From assembly GCA_964364425.1 (NCBI GenBank), contig CAYIMB010000002.1, positions 17,436-81,435 of the forward strand: 64,000 nt of DNA. Direction: 5' to 3'. Made by a program: the position numbers and the translations under genes. This DNA comes from an uncultured Gammaproteobacteria bacterium (GTDB lineage: Bacteria > Patescibacteriota > Patescibacteriia > UBA9570 > JBBTWU01). The first letter of the stretch is position 1. Every line of letters starts with the position of its first letter. Below are positions 49,545 through 59,452 of this stretch, one piece after another. A model generated the notes under the pieces. It had not been told where the DNA came from. It was given only the letters and a program-made list of their open reading frames with translations, and did no database searches.

Positions 49545-50018
49545 GTGTACTCATTTACCCTTCTCGTTGTCTCCGCTAGCAAGCCCGGTCCCTGGAAAGA
49601 CCTGGCGCAGGAATACCAGACGCGGCTGACTCCGTATGCCAAATGCAAATTGATTGAAATACCTCAAGCGGTTTTTTCTTCTGCAGCAGAGCGCCAGAAA
49701 GTGCAGGCGCAGGAGGCTGAGGTCTTAAGAAAATCGATCTCCAAGGGAGCATATACCGTAGCCTGTGATGAACGGGGGAAATTTTTCACCTCCACCCAGT
49801 TTGCGCAGCAACTCAAGACGTGGTCAGAACAAGAAACCAGAAACATCACGTTCCTCTTGGGCGGCCCGCTGGGCCTGCAACCTGCGTTGGTGCAAACGGT
49901 ACAGGCTAAGCTGGCCCTCTCCAGCTTTACTTTTCCACATGACCTGGCCCGGGTGGTTCTCCTAGAGCAACTCTACCGCGCTATGACCATCCTCAAAGGC
50001 AAAACCTATCATTACTAG
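49545..50018 (+). CDS. rlmH: 23S rRNA pseudouridine-1915 methyltransferase
   Basis: DERGK, FLLGGPLG, TFPHDLARVVLLEQLYRA, YHY. Confidence 0.96.
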   Translation: MYSFTLLVVSASKPGPWKDLAQEYQTRLTPYAKCKLIEIPQAVFSSAAERQKVQAQEAEVLRKSISKGAYTVACDERGKFFTSTQFAQQLKTWSEQETRNITFLLGGPLGLQPALVQTVQAKLALSSFTFPHDLARVVLLEQLYRAMTILKGKTYHY

Positions 50019-50128
50019 CGGCGACTACGGTTGCGTTTGACAAAACAAAAAATAGAGAGCAGAACAAGCTTGGCGCAAACCTCTGCGCTCCTGGTCACAA
50101 GCCAGATTCTTACAACCCGGATCAACAG

Positions 50129-50653
50129 ATGTTGGCCCTGCTCCTGTCCGCCTGTTCCAAACTAGCGCTGGAGGACTGCACTGACCGCCACCACGAGCCC
50201 CGCAACTCCGACACGCACAGCACCTCCGACGGCATCTCGACCAACTCCACTCCGGCCGAGCAGGGTGCCCCCTGCCCTCAGCGCACTGACCAGCGCACGG
50301 GCAACGGGGCCATCACCCTGACCTTGGAGCTGGACAAGCCGGAAACCTTCACCCTGCGTCCGGTCACTGGCCTCACGGTGGAGGATACCTACACCGTCCC
50401 CAACACACACGTCCTGGGCTACAACCCGGAGACCGGGGCTGAGCTGTTCGTGGGGGAGCAGGCAGTGCTCTACTACTGCGACACTGACTTCTGGTTCTAC
50501 TGGGGCGATCTGGACGTGAACCACGTCATGGACTCGCGGGGGAGCGGCCTCTACCACAGCTCACAGCGGATGTACAACGAGGACAGCACCCTGCGTGAGA
50601 CCCGTCAGGTGGACTTCCGGATCCGCGTCACGGGCCTGGTGTTTCGCCAGTAG
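50129..50653 (+). CDS. High-GC3 lipoprotein
   Basis: Short uncharged signal MLALLLSAC; G/C-ending codons; no clear SD. Confidence 0.75.
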   Translation: MLALLLSACSKLALEDCTDRHHEPRNSDTHSTSDGISTNSTPAEQGAPCPQRTDQRTGNGAITLTLELDKPETFTLRPVTGLTVEDTYTVPNTHVLGYNPETGAELFVGEQAVLYYCDTDFWFYWGDLDVNHVMDSRGSGLYHSSQRMYNEDSTLRETRQVDFRIRVTGLVFRQ

Positions 50654-50965
50654 TTGCACCTTTGAGAGGACCTCCACTCTCAGTTCCATGTCGATTTTCA
50701 TGCGCAGAAAAATCGCCATAGAACTGTTCACCACTTGCTGGTGAATTACCGCCCAACGCTGAGTCTGCTGGATTGTGGTGCATGTAGTTTAGAATGTACG
50801 GTGATGCCCAAACTATGGACATTTCCTTCTGAACCTGCTATTATCCGGTGTCGCACTTTGATATTAAGCTATTTACAGTTGATTGCAGGCCTAAGGCCAT
50901 ATTTAACCCTATATAAGGGTTTTATGTGTATTTAGATCTGCAATCAAGCAGAAGGAGGTGTCCCC

Positions 50966-51400
50966 ATGAGCAGCCCCTTGGCGCTCCCTGGCATGAAGCT
51001 GAAGGCCCCCAAGGGCCTGATCTACGACAAGCGGAAGGAGGGATGGGCCCTCACCAAGGAGGGCGACCAGATCGAAGGTGAGCCCGACCTGGAGTTCGTG
51101 CCCTTCCTCCAAGGCGGCGAGACCGCCATCGTGGGAACCACCATGGTGGAACGCGCCGTCGCCATGGAGGGCCTCACCAGCCAGTACCACGCTGAGAGGA
51201 TGCTCCAGCAGCAGGACCAGATCCCGCCGGAGCTGCGGCCGTTCTACCTGGTCTTCGCCGGTACGGAATGGCGGGACTCCGACGGCGACCTCTGCGTCCC
51301 GTGCCTCTTCTGGTACGGCGACGAGTGGATCCTGTACTTCGACTGGCTCGCCCGCGGGAGCTGGGGCTCCCGCGCTCGGCTGGTTCGTCTCCGCAAGTAG
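50966..51400 (+). CDS. High-GC3 putative DGR target gene (VR at the 3' end)
   Basis: SD AAGGAGGTG; paralog of 38647..39093; 3' end aligns to 51560-51595 with A-biased mismatches. Confidence 0.85.
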   Translation: MSSPLALPGMKLKAPKGLIYDKRKEGWALTKEGDQIEGEPDLEFVPFLQGGETAIVGTTMVERAVAMEGLTSQYHAERMLQQQDQIPPELRPFYLVFAGTEWRDSDGDLCVPCLFWYGDEWILYFDWLARGSWGSRARLVRLRK

Positions 51401-51559
51401 CTTCGGCCCTTGGATCCTTTGGGAGTTGGCCCTTTTGGCTCCCTTGGATTCTTGGTCCGTTTTGTTCGCTTGCACCTTGGCTGTGCCCCCGTATGGACAG
51501 ATCTCACAAGGATCAGTTCAGCGGGGGTGTTGTCTTTTATATGAATATTGATACATAGG

Positions 51560-51595
51560 TGGGACTCCAACGATCGGCTGGTTTGTCTCCGCAAC
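51560..51595 (+). repeat. Truncated DGR template-repeat-like fragment
   Basis: 30/36 identical to 51362-51397; 4 of 6 mismatches at adenines of this copy. Confidence 0.7.
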
Positions 51596-51637
51596 TCACT
51601 TCATTCTTCCGCCTCCATGGGCGGAGGTTTCAGGCGC

Positions 51638-51697
51638 TTGACACCGGGCAGGGGAGTTTTTATACTGCAATTAGCAGTCTCAAGCAGAGAGTGCTAA
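51638..51697 (+). promoter_or_regulatory. sigma70 promoter and CIRCE operator of the hrcA operon
   Basis: TTGACA-N17-TATACT, then TTAGCAGTC-N9-GAGTGCTAA (51671-51697). Confidence 0.95.
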
Positions 51698-51707
51698 CCA
51701 GAACACC

Positions 51708-52415
51708 ATGAATCCGCTTACAGACCGTCAAAAACAGCTATTTGGAGCCATTGTGGATGAATACGTATCCACAGCGCGGCCTATTGCCTCAGGGACCTTG
51801 GCTAAAGCGTATGGCTTGGATGTGAGTTCTGCCACGGTGCGGAATGATATGGCGGTGTTAGAAGACCAAGGTCTGATCCACCAGCCACATACCAGCGCAG
51901 GCAGAATTCCAACCGAGCAAGGGTACCAGTTTTATGTTGAGACTTTTGTGTCAGAGACTACTCTGTCAGCCGCTCAATTCAAAAAGTTAAGCGCATCTCT
52001 AGATGCTGAGGTAGAAGCCACCATCAAGCATATGGCTAAGACGGCTGCGGATTTATCCATGGAAGCGGTGTTCATGAGCGTTAAAACCGAATATACTTTT
52101 TATACTGGAATTTCAAATGTGTTGAAGCAACCGGAATTTATGGATAGAGCGCTATTGTTGTCGATTAGTTCAATTGTAGATTCCTTAGATGATGTGGTGT
52201 CTCAAATGGTGAGCAAAGTAACAAGTCATGTAGATGTGTTGATTGGTCGGGAAAACCCTTTTTCACCAGAGCTCTCAGTTATTATGACTGAGTATGAAAC
52301 AAAATCGGGTGCTACCGGCCTGATTGGACTCTTGGGTCCTATGCGAATGGAATATAAGCAAAATATAGCGGTCGTTAAATCTGTGCAAAAACTTTTAAAC
52401 ACTTATGAACAATAA
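51708..52415 (+). CDS. hrcA: Heat-inducible repressor HrcA (short form)
   Basis: SSATVRNDM, PHTSAGRIPT, LGPMRMEY; CIRCE upstream. Confidence 0.95.
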   Translation: MNPLTDRQKQLFGAIVDEYVSTARPIASGTLAKAYGLDVSSATVRNDMAVLEDQGLIHQPHTSAGRIPTEQGYQFYVETFVSETTLSAAQFKKLSASLDAEVEATIKHMAKTAADLSMEAVFMSVKTEYTFYTGISNVLKQPEFMDRALLLSISSIVDSLDDVVSQMVSKVTSHVDVLIGRENPFSPELSVIMTEYETKSGATGLIGLLGPMRMEYKQNIAVVKSVQKLLNTYEQ

Positions 52416-52980
52416 ACCAGAACCGTTTGATGAGATGGACCAGGCTGCCAAAGGGCCAGTGGAAGAGCCGTCCAAGGCCGAACCAACAAAAGCCGAGCCA
52501 ACCCCTTCACCGTTTGGTGGGACTGACCAGCCGGACGCCTGGAAAGCTAAGGCTGCTGAATACTTAGCTGGTTGGAAGCGCGCACAAGCTGATTACCAGA
52601 ACTTGAGACGGTCAGTGGAGCAAGAGAAAGTTGGTATGGTGAAATACGCCAATGAAGCGTTGTTGCAAGACCTGCTCCCTCTGGTAGATCATTTCAACAT
52701 GGCGTTTAAAGCCGTTCCAGAAAAAGACAGAACATCTTCTTGGCTCAAAGGTGTGGAGCACATTTCAACCAACTTGAAACAGGTTTTGCAGGAATACGGA
52801 GTGACGGTCATGAATACCGTTGGACAGAAGTTTGATCCAACACAACATGAGTCAGTCGGGGAGATGCCAAGTGAACAACCAGAAGGTACGGTGGCAGAAG
52901 AAATGTCAGCCGGATTCCTCTTGCATGGAAAGGTGGTTCAACCCGCCAAAGTGAAGATCTCAACGGGAAAATCGAAATAA
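52405..52980 (+). CDS. grpE: Nucleotide exchange factor GrpE
   Basis: RAQADYQNLRR, FDPTQHE, PAKVKI. Confidence 0.96.
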   Translation: MNNKPEPFDEMDQAAKGPVEEPSKAEPTKAEPTPSPFGGTDQPDAWKAKAAEYLAGWKRAQADYQNLRRSVEQEKVGMVKYANEALLQDLLPLVDHFNMAFKAVPEKDRTSSWLKGVEHISTNLKQVLQEYGVTVMNTVGQKFDPTQHESVGEMPSEQPEGTVAEEMSAGFLLHGKVVQPAKVKISTGKSK

Positions 52981-52997
52981 ATAATTAACATAAACGT

Positions 52998-53408
52998 ATG
53001 TCAATTATCAAATGGGTTCCAGATTCCGAACCAATTGATTTAGAAAAATGGTTTTTTGGTGAAGCGCCCATGCGTGCCATGACTCCGGCGGTGGATGTGT
53101 ATGAGAAGGATGGAGCTGTGGTTGTGGAAGCGCCAATTCCAGGCTTTGATCCGGAGAAGGTGAACATTCAGTTTGAAGATGGTGTGTTGATGATTTCAGG
53201 TGAGTCAGAGAAGCGGAAAGAGGTGGATGACAAAAACTATTATCGCAAGGAAGTGCGCACAGGTAAGTTTGCTCGCACAGTAACCTTGCCGGTAGCAGTG
53301 GATGGAGGACGCGCTGAGGCTGAGTATCACAACGGCGTGTTGAAAATCACCATTCCAAAGAGGGAGGAAAAGAAAGCTAAGTCCATTAAAATTAATGTTA
53401 AGAGGTAA
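52998..53408 (+). CDS. Hsp20/alpha-crystallin small heat-shock protein
   Basis: PAVDVYE, FARTVTLP, NGVLKITIPK. Confidence 0.95.
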   Translation: MSIIKWVPDSEPIDLEKWFFGEAPMRAMTPAVDVYEKDGAVVVEAPIPGFDPEKVNIQFEDGVLMISGESEKRKEVDDKNYYRKEVRTGKFARTVTLPVAVDGGRAEAEYHNGVLKITIPKREEKKAKSIKINVKR

Positions 53409-53420
53409 CTCAAGAACACC

Positions 53421-55382
53421 ATGGGAAAAATATTAGGTATAGATTTAGGAACAACCAACTCTTGTATGGCCGTGTTTGAAGGCGGTCAGCCACGTGTGTT
53501 GGAAAATAAAGAAGGGGCACGAACCACGCCATCTATGGTGGCTATGTCCAAAACAGGGGAGCGCCTAGTTGGCGCTCTGGCCAAACGTCAAGCCATTACC
53601 AACCCCAAGAGCACGTTATTCAGCATTAAGCGGTTAATGGGACGCCGGTTTGAGGATGCGGAAGTGCAGCGTGATGTGAAAATCATGCCATATGAGATTA
53701 TTCGTGATGGAGACCGGGTCAAAGTGAAGATGGGTGACAAAGAACACACTCCACAGGAAATTTCGGCCATGATTTTGCAAAAGTTGAAAGCTGATGCAGA
53801 GGAGAAATTAGGAGAGAAGATTACAGAAGCAGTGATTACGGTGCCGGCTTACTTTGATGATGCTCAACGCCAAGCCACTAAAGATGCGGGAAGGATTGCC
53901 GGGTTGGATGTGAAACGGATCATTAACGAACCAACTGCCGCTGCGTTAGCTTATGGGTTTGATAAAAAGAAAGAACAGAAAATTTTGGTTTACGACTTAG
54001 GCGGCGGAACGTTTGATGTGTCTGTGTTGGAAATTAGCGGAGACACGGTGGAAGTGAAAGCCACTAGCGGTGATACGCACTTGGGTGGTGATGACTTTGA
54101 TCAGATCATTATCAAATGGATGTTGGATGAATTCAAGAAATCTGAAGGCATGGATTTGAGCAAAGACGTGTTGGCTTTGCAGCGCTTTAAAGATGCTGCA
54201 GAAAAAGCCAAGATTGAGTTGTCCACGGCTCAAGAAACAGAAATCAACCAACCATTTATTGCCAATGATCCTTCAAGCGGGCCAAAGCACATGGTGGTGA
54301 AGTTGACTCGTTCCAAGTTGGAAGAGTTGATAGGTGGTTTAGTGGAAAAGACCATTGGACCGGTGAAGCAAGCCTTGGCAGATGCTAAGTTGCAGCCAGG
54401 TGACATTAACGAGATTGTGATGGTGGGCGGTATGACTCGTATGCCGTTGGTCATTTCTACGGTTGAGAAATACTTTGGAAAGAAACTAAACGCTTCTGTG
54501 AACCCAGATGAAGTGGTGGCCATAGGTGCCGCGGTGCAAGCTGGTGTTCTAGGTGGAGAAGCTAAGGACATTCTGTTGTTGGATGTGATCCCTCTGTCTT
54601 TGGGCTTGGAAACCTTGGGCGGCGTGGGTACCAAGCTCATCACCAAAAATACCACCATCCCTACCTCAAAATCACAGATCTTCTCTACGGCTTCAGACAA
54701 CCAAACTTCTGTGGAGATTCATGTGGTGCAAGGTGAACGTGAAATGGCGTCTGATAACAAATCTTTGGGTCGATTTATCTTAAGTGGTCTTCCACCAGCT
54801 CCCCGCGGCATGCCGCAAGTGGAAGTGACCTTTGACATAGATGCCAACGGTATCTTAAACGTGAAGGCGCGCGATAAAGCCACGGGCAAAGAACAGTCTA
54901 TCCGTATAGAAGCTTCTAGCGGTTTGAGCGAAGAAGAAATCAAGCGTATGGAAGCTGATGCCGCGGCGCACGCAGAGGATGACCGCAAGAAGAAAGAATT
55001 AATTGAAGCTAGGAACGTGGGTGAGACGTTGATCTACACCACGGAGAAGGCTCTCAAGGACGCTGGAGACAAAGTGAATGCTGAACAAAAGAAACCAATT
55101 GAAGAAGCTGTGGAAGGGTTGAAGAAAGTCAAAGACGGTGAGGACTTGGAGTCTATCAAGAAGGCTAGCGAGGCGTTGAGCCAAGCGGTGCAGAAGATTG
55201 GGGAGATCTTGTATAAAACGGCGGAGCAAAGCGGAGCCGGAACTGTCGGCACACAAGGCGCGGCTGCTGGGGCGGAAGGAGGAGCTACAGGGGCCGAAGG
55301 TGCTCAGGGTGAGACGAAGGCAGGGGAAGAGAAAAAGGAAGAGGAGAAGAAGCCGGAAGAGCCTGAAGGGGAGAAGAAATAA
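53421..55382 (+). CDS. dnaK: Chaperone DnaK
   Basis: [23 protein letters not shown]. Confidence 0.99.
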   Translation: MGKILGIDLGTTNSCMAVFEGGQPRVLENKEGARTTPSMVAMSKTGERLVGALAKRQAITNPKSTLFSIKRLMGRRFEDAEVQRDVKIMPYEIIRDGDRVKVKMGDKEHTPQEISAMILQKLKADAEEKLGEKITEAVITVPAYFDDAQRQATKDAGRIAGLDVKRIINEPTAAALAYGFDKKKEQKILVYDLGGGTFDVSVLEISGDTVEVKATSGDTHLGGDDFDQIIIKWMLDEFKKSEGMDLSKDVLALQRFKDAAEKAKIELSTAQETEINQPFIANDPSSGPKHMVVKLTRSKLEELIGGLVEKTIGPVKQALADAKLQPGDINEIVMVGGMTRMPLVISTVEKYFGKKLNASVNPDEVVAIGAAVQAGVLGGEAKDILLLDVIPLSLGLETLGGVGTKLITKNTTIPTSKSQIFSTASDNQTSVEIHVVQGEREMASDNKSLGRFILSGLPPAPRGMPQVEVTFDIDANGILNVKARDKATGKEQSIRIEASSGLSEEEIKRMEADAAAHAEDDRKKKELIEARNVGETLIYTTEKALKDAGDKVNAEQKKPIEEAVEGLKKVKDGEDLESIKKASEALSQAVQKIGEILYKTAEQSGAGTVGTQGAAAGAEGGATGAEGAQGETKAGEEKKEEEKKPEEPEGEKK

Positions 55383-55439
55383 ACAGTATTAAGTTGGCGG
55401 GCGGTTTAGGCCGTCCGCCAACTTCTAGGTCAAACTAAA

Positions 55440-55865
55440 ATGTCTAAAAATCAACTGGGATTTGATAGGTATAAGAATGTAGTCTTCACATTTTTGGTTT
55501 TTAACCAAATGCTAGAAAATTCGATCGATGATTTTTGTGAAGAAATTTTTTCTAAGGCTGAATCAGATAAAATCAAAACAATGTCACTCGGAGGAAAGCT
55601 ATTTTTTTTGGATAAGAAAAAAATTATTCTTAAATCCAAGAATAAAAAACTTATCAAATATATTGACAGTAGGAATGAAGTGCTACACGAAGACGTTTTC
55701 AATACTTGGAAAGTTTTTGCAGCAGGAACTGATAATCCGAACACAAGTGGAAGGTTAGAGCAGAGAATTTTGTTTATTCGTGATCTTTGGAAGGAAGCGC
55801 AGGTGTTTATTGGAACATTTCAGATGTTGCATGCCGAAGCTTACTCTAAGAAATTAGGAAATTAA
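55440..55865 (+). CDS. AT-rich protein with a HEPN-like RNxxxH motif
   Basis: MSLGGKL...SRNEVLH; composition differs from the flanking genes. Confidence 0.65.
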   Translation: MSKNQLGFDRYKNVVFTFLVFNQMLENSIDDFCEEIFSKAESDKIKTMSLGGKLFFLDKKKIILKSKNKKLIKYIDSRNEVLHEDVFNTWKVFAAGTDNPNTSGRLEQRILFIRDLWKEAQVFIGTFQMLHAEAYSKKLGN

Positions 55866-57005
55866 ATGCCCAAAGACTACTACTCACTCCTCGGCGTCTC
55901 CAAGTCCGCATCTCAAGATGAGATCAAGCAGGCGTTTCGTAAATTGGCGCATCAATACCACCCGGACAAAAAGTCTGGAGATGAGGCTAAATTCAAAGAA
56001 ATCAACCAGGCGTACCAAGTCTTAGGCGACGCACAAAAACGCCAACAGTACGACCAGTTTGGTAGTGCAGACGGTCCGCAAGGCTTTGGTGGTGGTCACG
56101 GCCACGGCGGCGGGATGGGCGGTATGAGTTGGGAAGACATCATGCGCCAAACCCAAGCCCAGGGTGGGGGATTCCAGCAAGGTGGTGTGGAATTTGATAT
56201 GGGTGACTTGGGTGATATGTTTTCTGGTATGTTTGGTGGCGGCAGGCAACGCACGCGCGTCAAAAAAGGTGCCAACTTGGCTACGGACATGAAGATCGAA
56301 TTTAAAGAAGCCGCAACCGGTGTTAACAAGGATCTTAACTTATACAAAACCGTGGCGTGCAGTGAGTGCTCCGGCAAAGGCGCTAAGTCAGACTCAGATG
56401 TGAGCAAGTGCACCACGTGTAACGGTTCTGGTTCTGTGGAGTCCATTCAGCGCACCATCTTGGGTGCCATGCGCACGCGGTCCACCTGTCAGACGTGTGA
56501 TGGGCAGGGACAGATGATTAAACATCCATGTGGCAAGTGTAAGGGCATGGGTGTGGTCAAAGACAACACCACCATTTCCGTGCACGTGCCGGCGGGCATA
56601 GAAGACGGCATGACCATGCGCGTAGAAGGCGGGGGAGAGCAGGGGTTGCGCGGCGCCCCGGCCGGTGATTTGTTGATCACCATTCATATCAACGCAGATA
56701 ATCGATTTTCACGCGAAGGCGACAACGTGCATTTCCGCCAAGAGATTTCCTTTTCTCAAGCCGCGCTGGGCACCAAAGTCACTGTACCAACGCTTTTAGG
56801 TGAAGAGTTGCTGAAAATTCCAGCCGGCACACAAAGCGGAACGGTGTTTACGTTACGTTCAAAAGGGTTTCCACACTTACAACAACGCGGAACAGGGGAC
56901 CAGTTGGTGGAAGTGGTGGTGAAAACACCCCACAAGGTGAGCGGCAAGGTGAAGTCTTTGTTGAAAGAGTTGTCACAACTTGAGGGGTCGGAGACGGACG
57001 AATAA
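55866..57005 (+). CDS. dnaJ: Chaperone DnaJ
   Basis: HPD, G/F region, four CxxCxGxG repeats. Confidence 0.98.
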   Translation: MPKDYYSLLGVSKSASQDEIKQAFRKLAHQYHPDKKSGDEAKFKEINQAYQVLGDAQKRQQYDQFGSADGPQGFGGGHGHGGGMGGMSWEDIMRQTQAQGGGFQQGGVEFDMGDLGDMFSGMFGGGRQRTRVKKGANLATDMKIEFKEAATGVNKDLNLYKTVACSECSGKGAKSDSDVSKCTTCNGSGSVESIQRTILGAMRTRSTCQTCDGQGQMIKHPCGKCKGMGVVKDNTTISVHVPAGIEDGMTMRVEGGGEQGLRGAPAGDLLITIHINADNRFSREGDNVHFRQEISFSQAALGTKVTVPTLLGEELLKIPAGTQSGTVFTLRSKGFPHLQQRGTGDQLVEVVVKTPHKVSGKVKSLLKELSQLEGSETDE

Positions 57006-57290
57006 CTACATAGCCAATGACCGTTCAGGTAGGGGATGGTTGGTAAACTTTTTTGGTTTCGCAATTTGTATTTCTCCGTTGGGTGTAAACTCCACCGTTT
57101 CCGCCAGCATGATTTTGAAGGCAGCATAGCAGGCGAGTTTGAATCTGGGCTCTGATACGTCAGCTATTCGTAGTTTGATCCGGGATTCAGCTGCCAGGAC
57201 CTTCTGGTGCAAGGCCTCATATTTGGTTGGGTCGTATCTTGAGTACCAGTAAGCCCGGGTATAGTAGCATATTCTTCTGGCATATGGTAT
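57006..57290 (-). pseudogene. Remnant of a PLP(D/E)R family gene
   Basis: KIMLAETVEFTPNGEIQI...PLPERSLAM C-terminus; frame open upstream (WYSRYDP) but no MKL start. Confidence 0.6.
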
Positions 57291-57304
57291 AATTTTTCCT
57301 GTCT

Positions 57305-57994
57305 ATGGAGGACGCATCAACACATTCCTTTGTGGCAGTTGAATATAAGATTGCTGTCAAGGAAAAAAAGAACAAGAAACAGGAGCAAACGACTGGTACC
57401 ACAGATACTACAGCTACTGATACTACTGTCACCACCACTGATCCGGCCGCGGTGGCCACGCAAGCTCTCTCCGCCGCTCCCCCAGCGGTTCAACAATATA
57501 TCAACTTCCAAAATCCCACTTGGGACACCTTTTTGTTTGTCTTTTTCTTGGTGGCCGCACTCCTTTACGGCGTTTCCCTGGGTCGCGACCGGATCATAGT
57601 CATCTTGATTAGTATCTACATGGCCTTGGCTGTAGTGCAGGCCATTCCTGATTTTGTCCTCAGCATTACCATCAATCAAAACTTTGCTTTTCAAATGACG
57701 GCCTTCATTGCGTTGTTTGTGGTGTTGTTTTTCTTGTTTTCACGTTCCGCTTTAATCAACACGTTGGGCGAGGGGCGTCACCGCGGCGGGATTATGGAAG
57801 TGGTGGTGTTTAGTTTCCTCCATGTGGGTTTGCTCATTTCCATTGCCATGGGTTTCTTGCCCGCAGACTTTGTCTCCAAATTTTCACCCCTCACCATAAC
57901 AATCTTCACCAACGAATGGGCCAAGCTCATTTGGATTGTAGCGCCTATAGCTGCCATGATTGTGCTGGGCAGGAGAGACGAAGACGACGACTAG
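57305..57994 (+). CDS. Multi-pass membrane protein
   Basis: Several hydrophobic segments, LGRDRI motif, Thr-rich N-terminus; start uncertain. Confidence 0.8.
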   Translation: MEDASTHSFVAVEYKIAVKEKKNKKQEQTTGTTDTTATDTTVTTTDPAAVATQALSAAPPAVQQYINFQNPTWDTFLFVFFLVAALLYGVSLGRDRIIVILISIYMALAVVQAIPDFVLSITINQNFAFQMTAFIALFVVLFFLFSRSALINTLGEGRHRGGIMEVVVFSFLHVGLLISIAMGFLPADFVSKFSPLTITIFTNEWAKLIWIVAPIAAMIVLGRRDEDDD

Positions 57995-59385
57995 GCTATT
58001 TTCCTCAACCGTGTTCCCTCTGGTGTATCCATAATGTTGAACCCGGTGTGTTTAATTTCATCCCGTAAGGAATCTGCCACGGCAAATCGTTTTTCAGTCC
58101 GGGCTAAGTCACGTTCTTTTACCAAACCCACCACTTTTTCAGGAATATGTTTGCGCTCTTGTCTAATCCGTTCAGCTTGGCGCGCAATATCTAACCCCAA
58201 GACCTCATCAAATTTTAACAAAGATTCAAGCTTGGCTGAATCAGGGTAATCAGATTTCACCAACTTCCACACCACCGCCAAAGCTTGTGGCATATTTAAG
58301 TCATCATTCACGGCGTCCATAAACTGTTGCTCAAATTCAGCGCAACCTATTTTTGGTTCATCCCAGTCAGCGGCCAGTTCCAACAATCGGTCATAGGCAG
58401 ATTGCGCCGCTTGCAACGCTTCCCAAGAAAAAGATAACTTACTCCGCCAGTGCGCAGAGAAGGTGAAATACCGGTAACCAAGAGGGGAGACCTGATGTTC
58501 TGCCAAGTTCTTCAAGGTAATAAACCCGCCACTACTTTTAGCCATCTTGCCACCATCCATCAGCAAAAACTCCCCATGACACCACATCTGGGCAAATGGT
58601 TTGCCAGTCGCTGTCTCACTTTGCGCAATTTCATTCGTGTGATGAATGGGCGCATGATCCACGCCACCACAGTGAATATCAAACGTCTTACCCAAATATT
58701 TCATGGCCATGGCCGAACATTCCAAATGCCATCCCGGAAAGCCAACTCCCCAAGGTGATTCCCATTCCATATCTCGCTTGCTTCCCTCTGGTGAAAATTT
58801 CCACAGCGCAAAATCCGTTGGATGCTTTTTTCCTTTGACCATGTCTACTCGCGCACCGGCCTTCAAGCCTTTGGCTTTGAGTCCCACCAACTTGCCGTAG
58901 TCTTTGACTTTGCTGGTGTCCATGTAAACTCCATCCGCAATTTTGTAGGTGACACCTTTTTTCTCTAACGCCTGAATCAGATCGATCTGCTCTTGAATAT
59001 GCTCCGTTGCGCGCACTAATTTGGAAGCCGGCAGAATATTCAACACCACTAAATCCTGTTTGAACGCCTGCGTATAAAACTCAGCCACCTCCCATGCCGT
59101 CTTGCCTTCACGCCGGGCACCCTTTTCCAGCTTATCTTCACCCTCGTCTGCATCTGAAACCAAATGCCCAACATCAGTGATGTTCATCACGTGGTTCACC
59201 TGGTAGCCATCAGCCAACAGAACACGTTTCAAAATATCTTCAAACAGAAATGTGCGGTAATTTCCAATGTGTTGAAAGTCATACACGGTTGGACCACAGG
59301 TATATAACCCCACTTGCTTGGTCTTCAGGGGGACAAATGGTTCTACTTTCCGCGTGAGTGTGTTGTACAGGTGAAGTTGGTTCAT
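57991..59385 (-). CDS. cysS: Cysteinyl-tRNA synthetase
   Basis: CGPTVY, HIGN, DFALWK, PGWHLECS, KMAKS. Confidence 0.98.
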   Translation of the reverse strand: MNQLHLYNTLTRKVEPFVPLKTKQVGLYTCGPTVYDFQHIGNYRTFLFEDILKRVLLADGYQVNHVMNITDVGHLVSDADEGEDKLEKGARREGKTAWEVAEFYTQAFKQDLVVLNILPASKLVRATEHIQEQIDLIQALEKKGVTYKIADGVYMDTSKVKDYGKLVGLKAKGLKAGARVDMVKGKKHPTDFALWKFSPEGSKRDMEWESPWGVGFPGWHLECSAMAMKYLGKTFDIHCGGVDHAPIHHTNEIAQSETATGKPFAQMWCHGEFLLMDGGKMAKSSGGFITLKNLAEHQVSPLGYRYFTFSAHWRSKLSFSWEALQAAQSAYDRLLELAADWDEPKIGCAEFEQQFMDAVNDDLNMPQALAVVWKLVKSDYPDSAKLESLLKFDEVLGLDIARQAERIRQERKHIPEKVVGLVKERDLARTEKRFAVADSLRDEIKHTGFNIMDTPEGTRLRKIA

Positions 59386-59452
59386 AGGGACATTGTATCT
59401 GGGTCGGAGGCGCGTTGCAAGAAAGTCAAAAAAATGCTATATTCATAGAATC

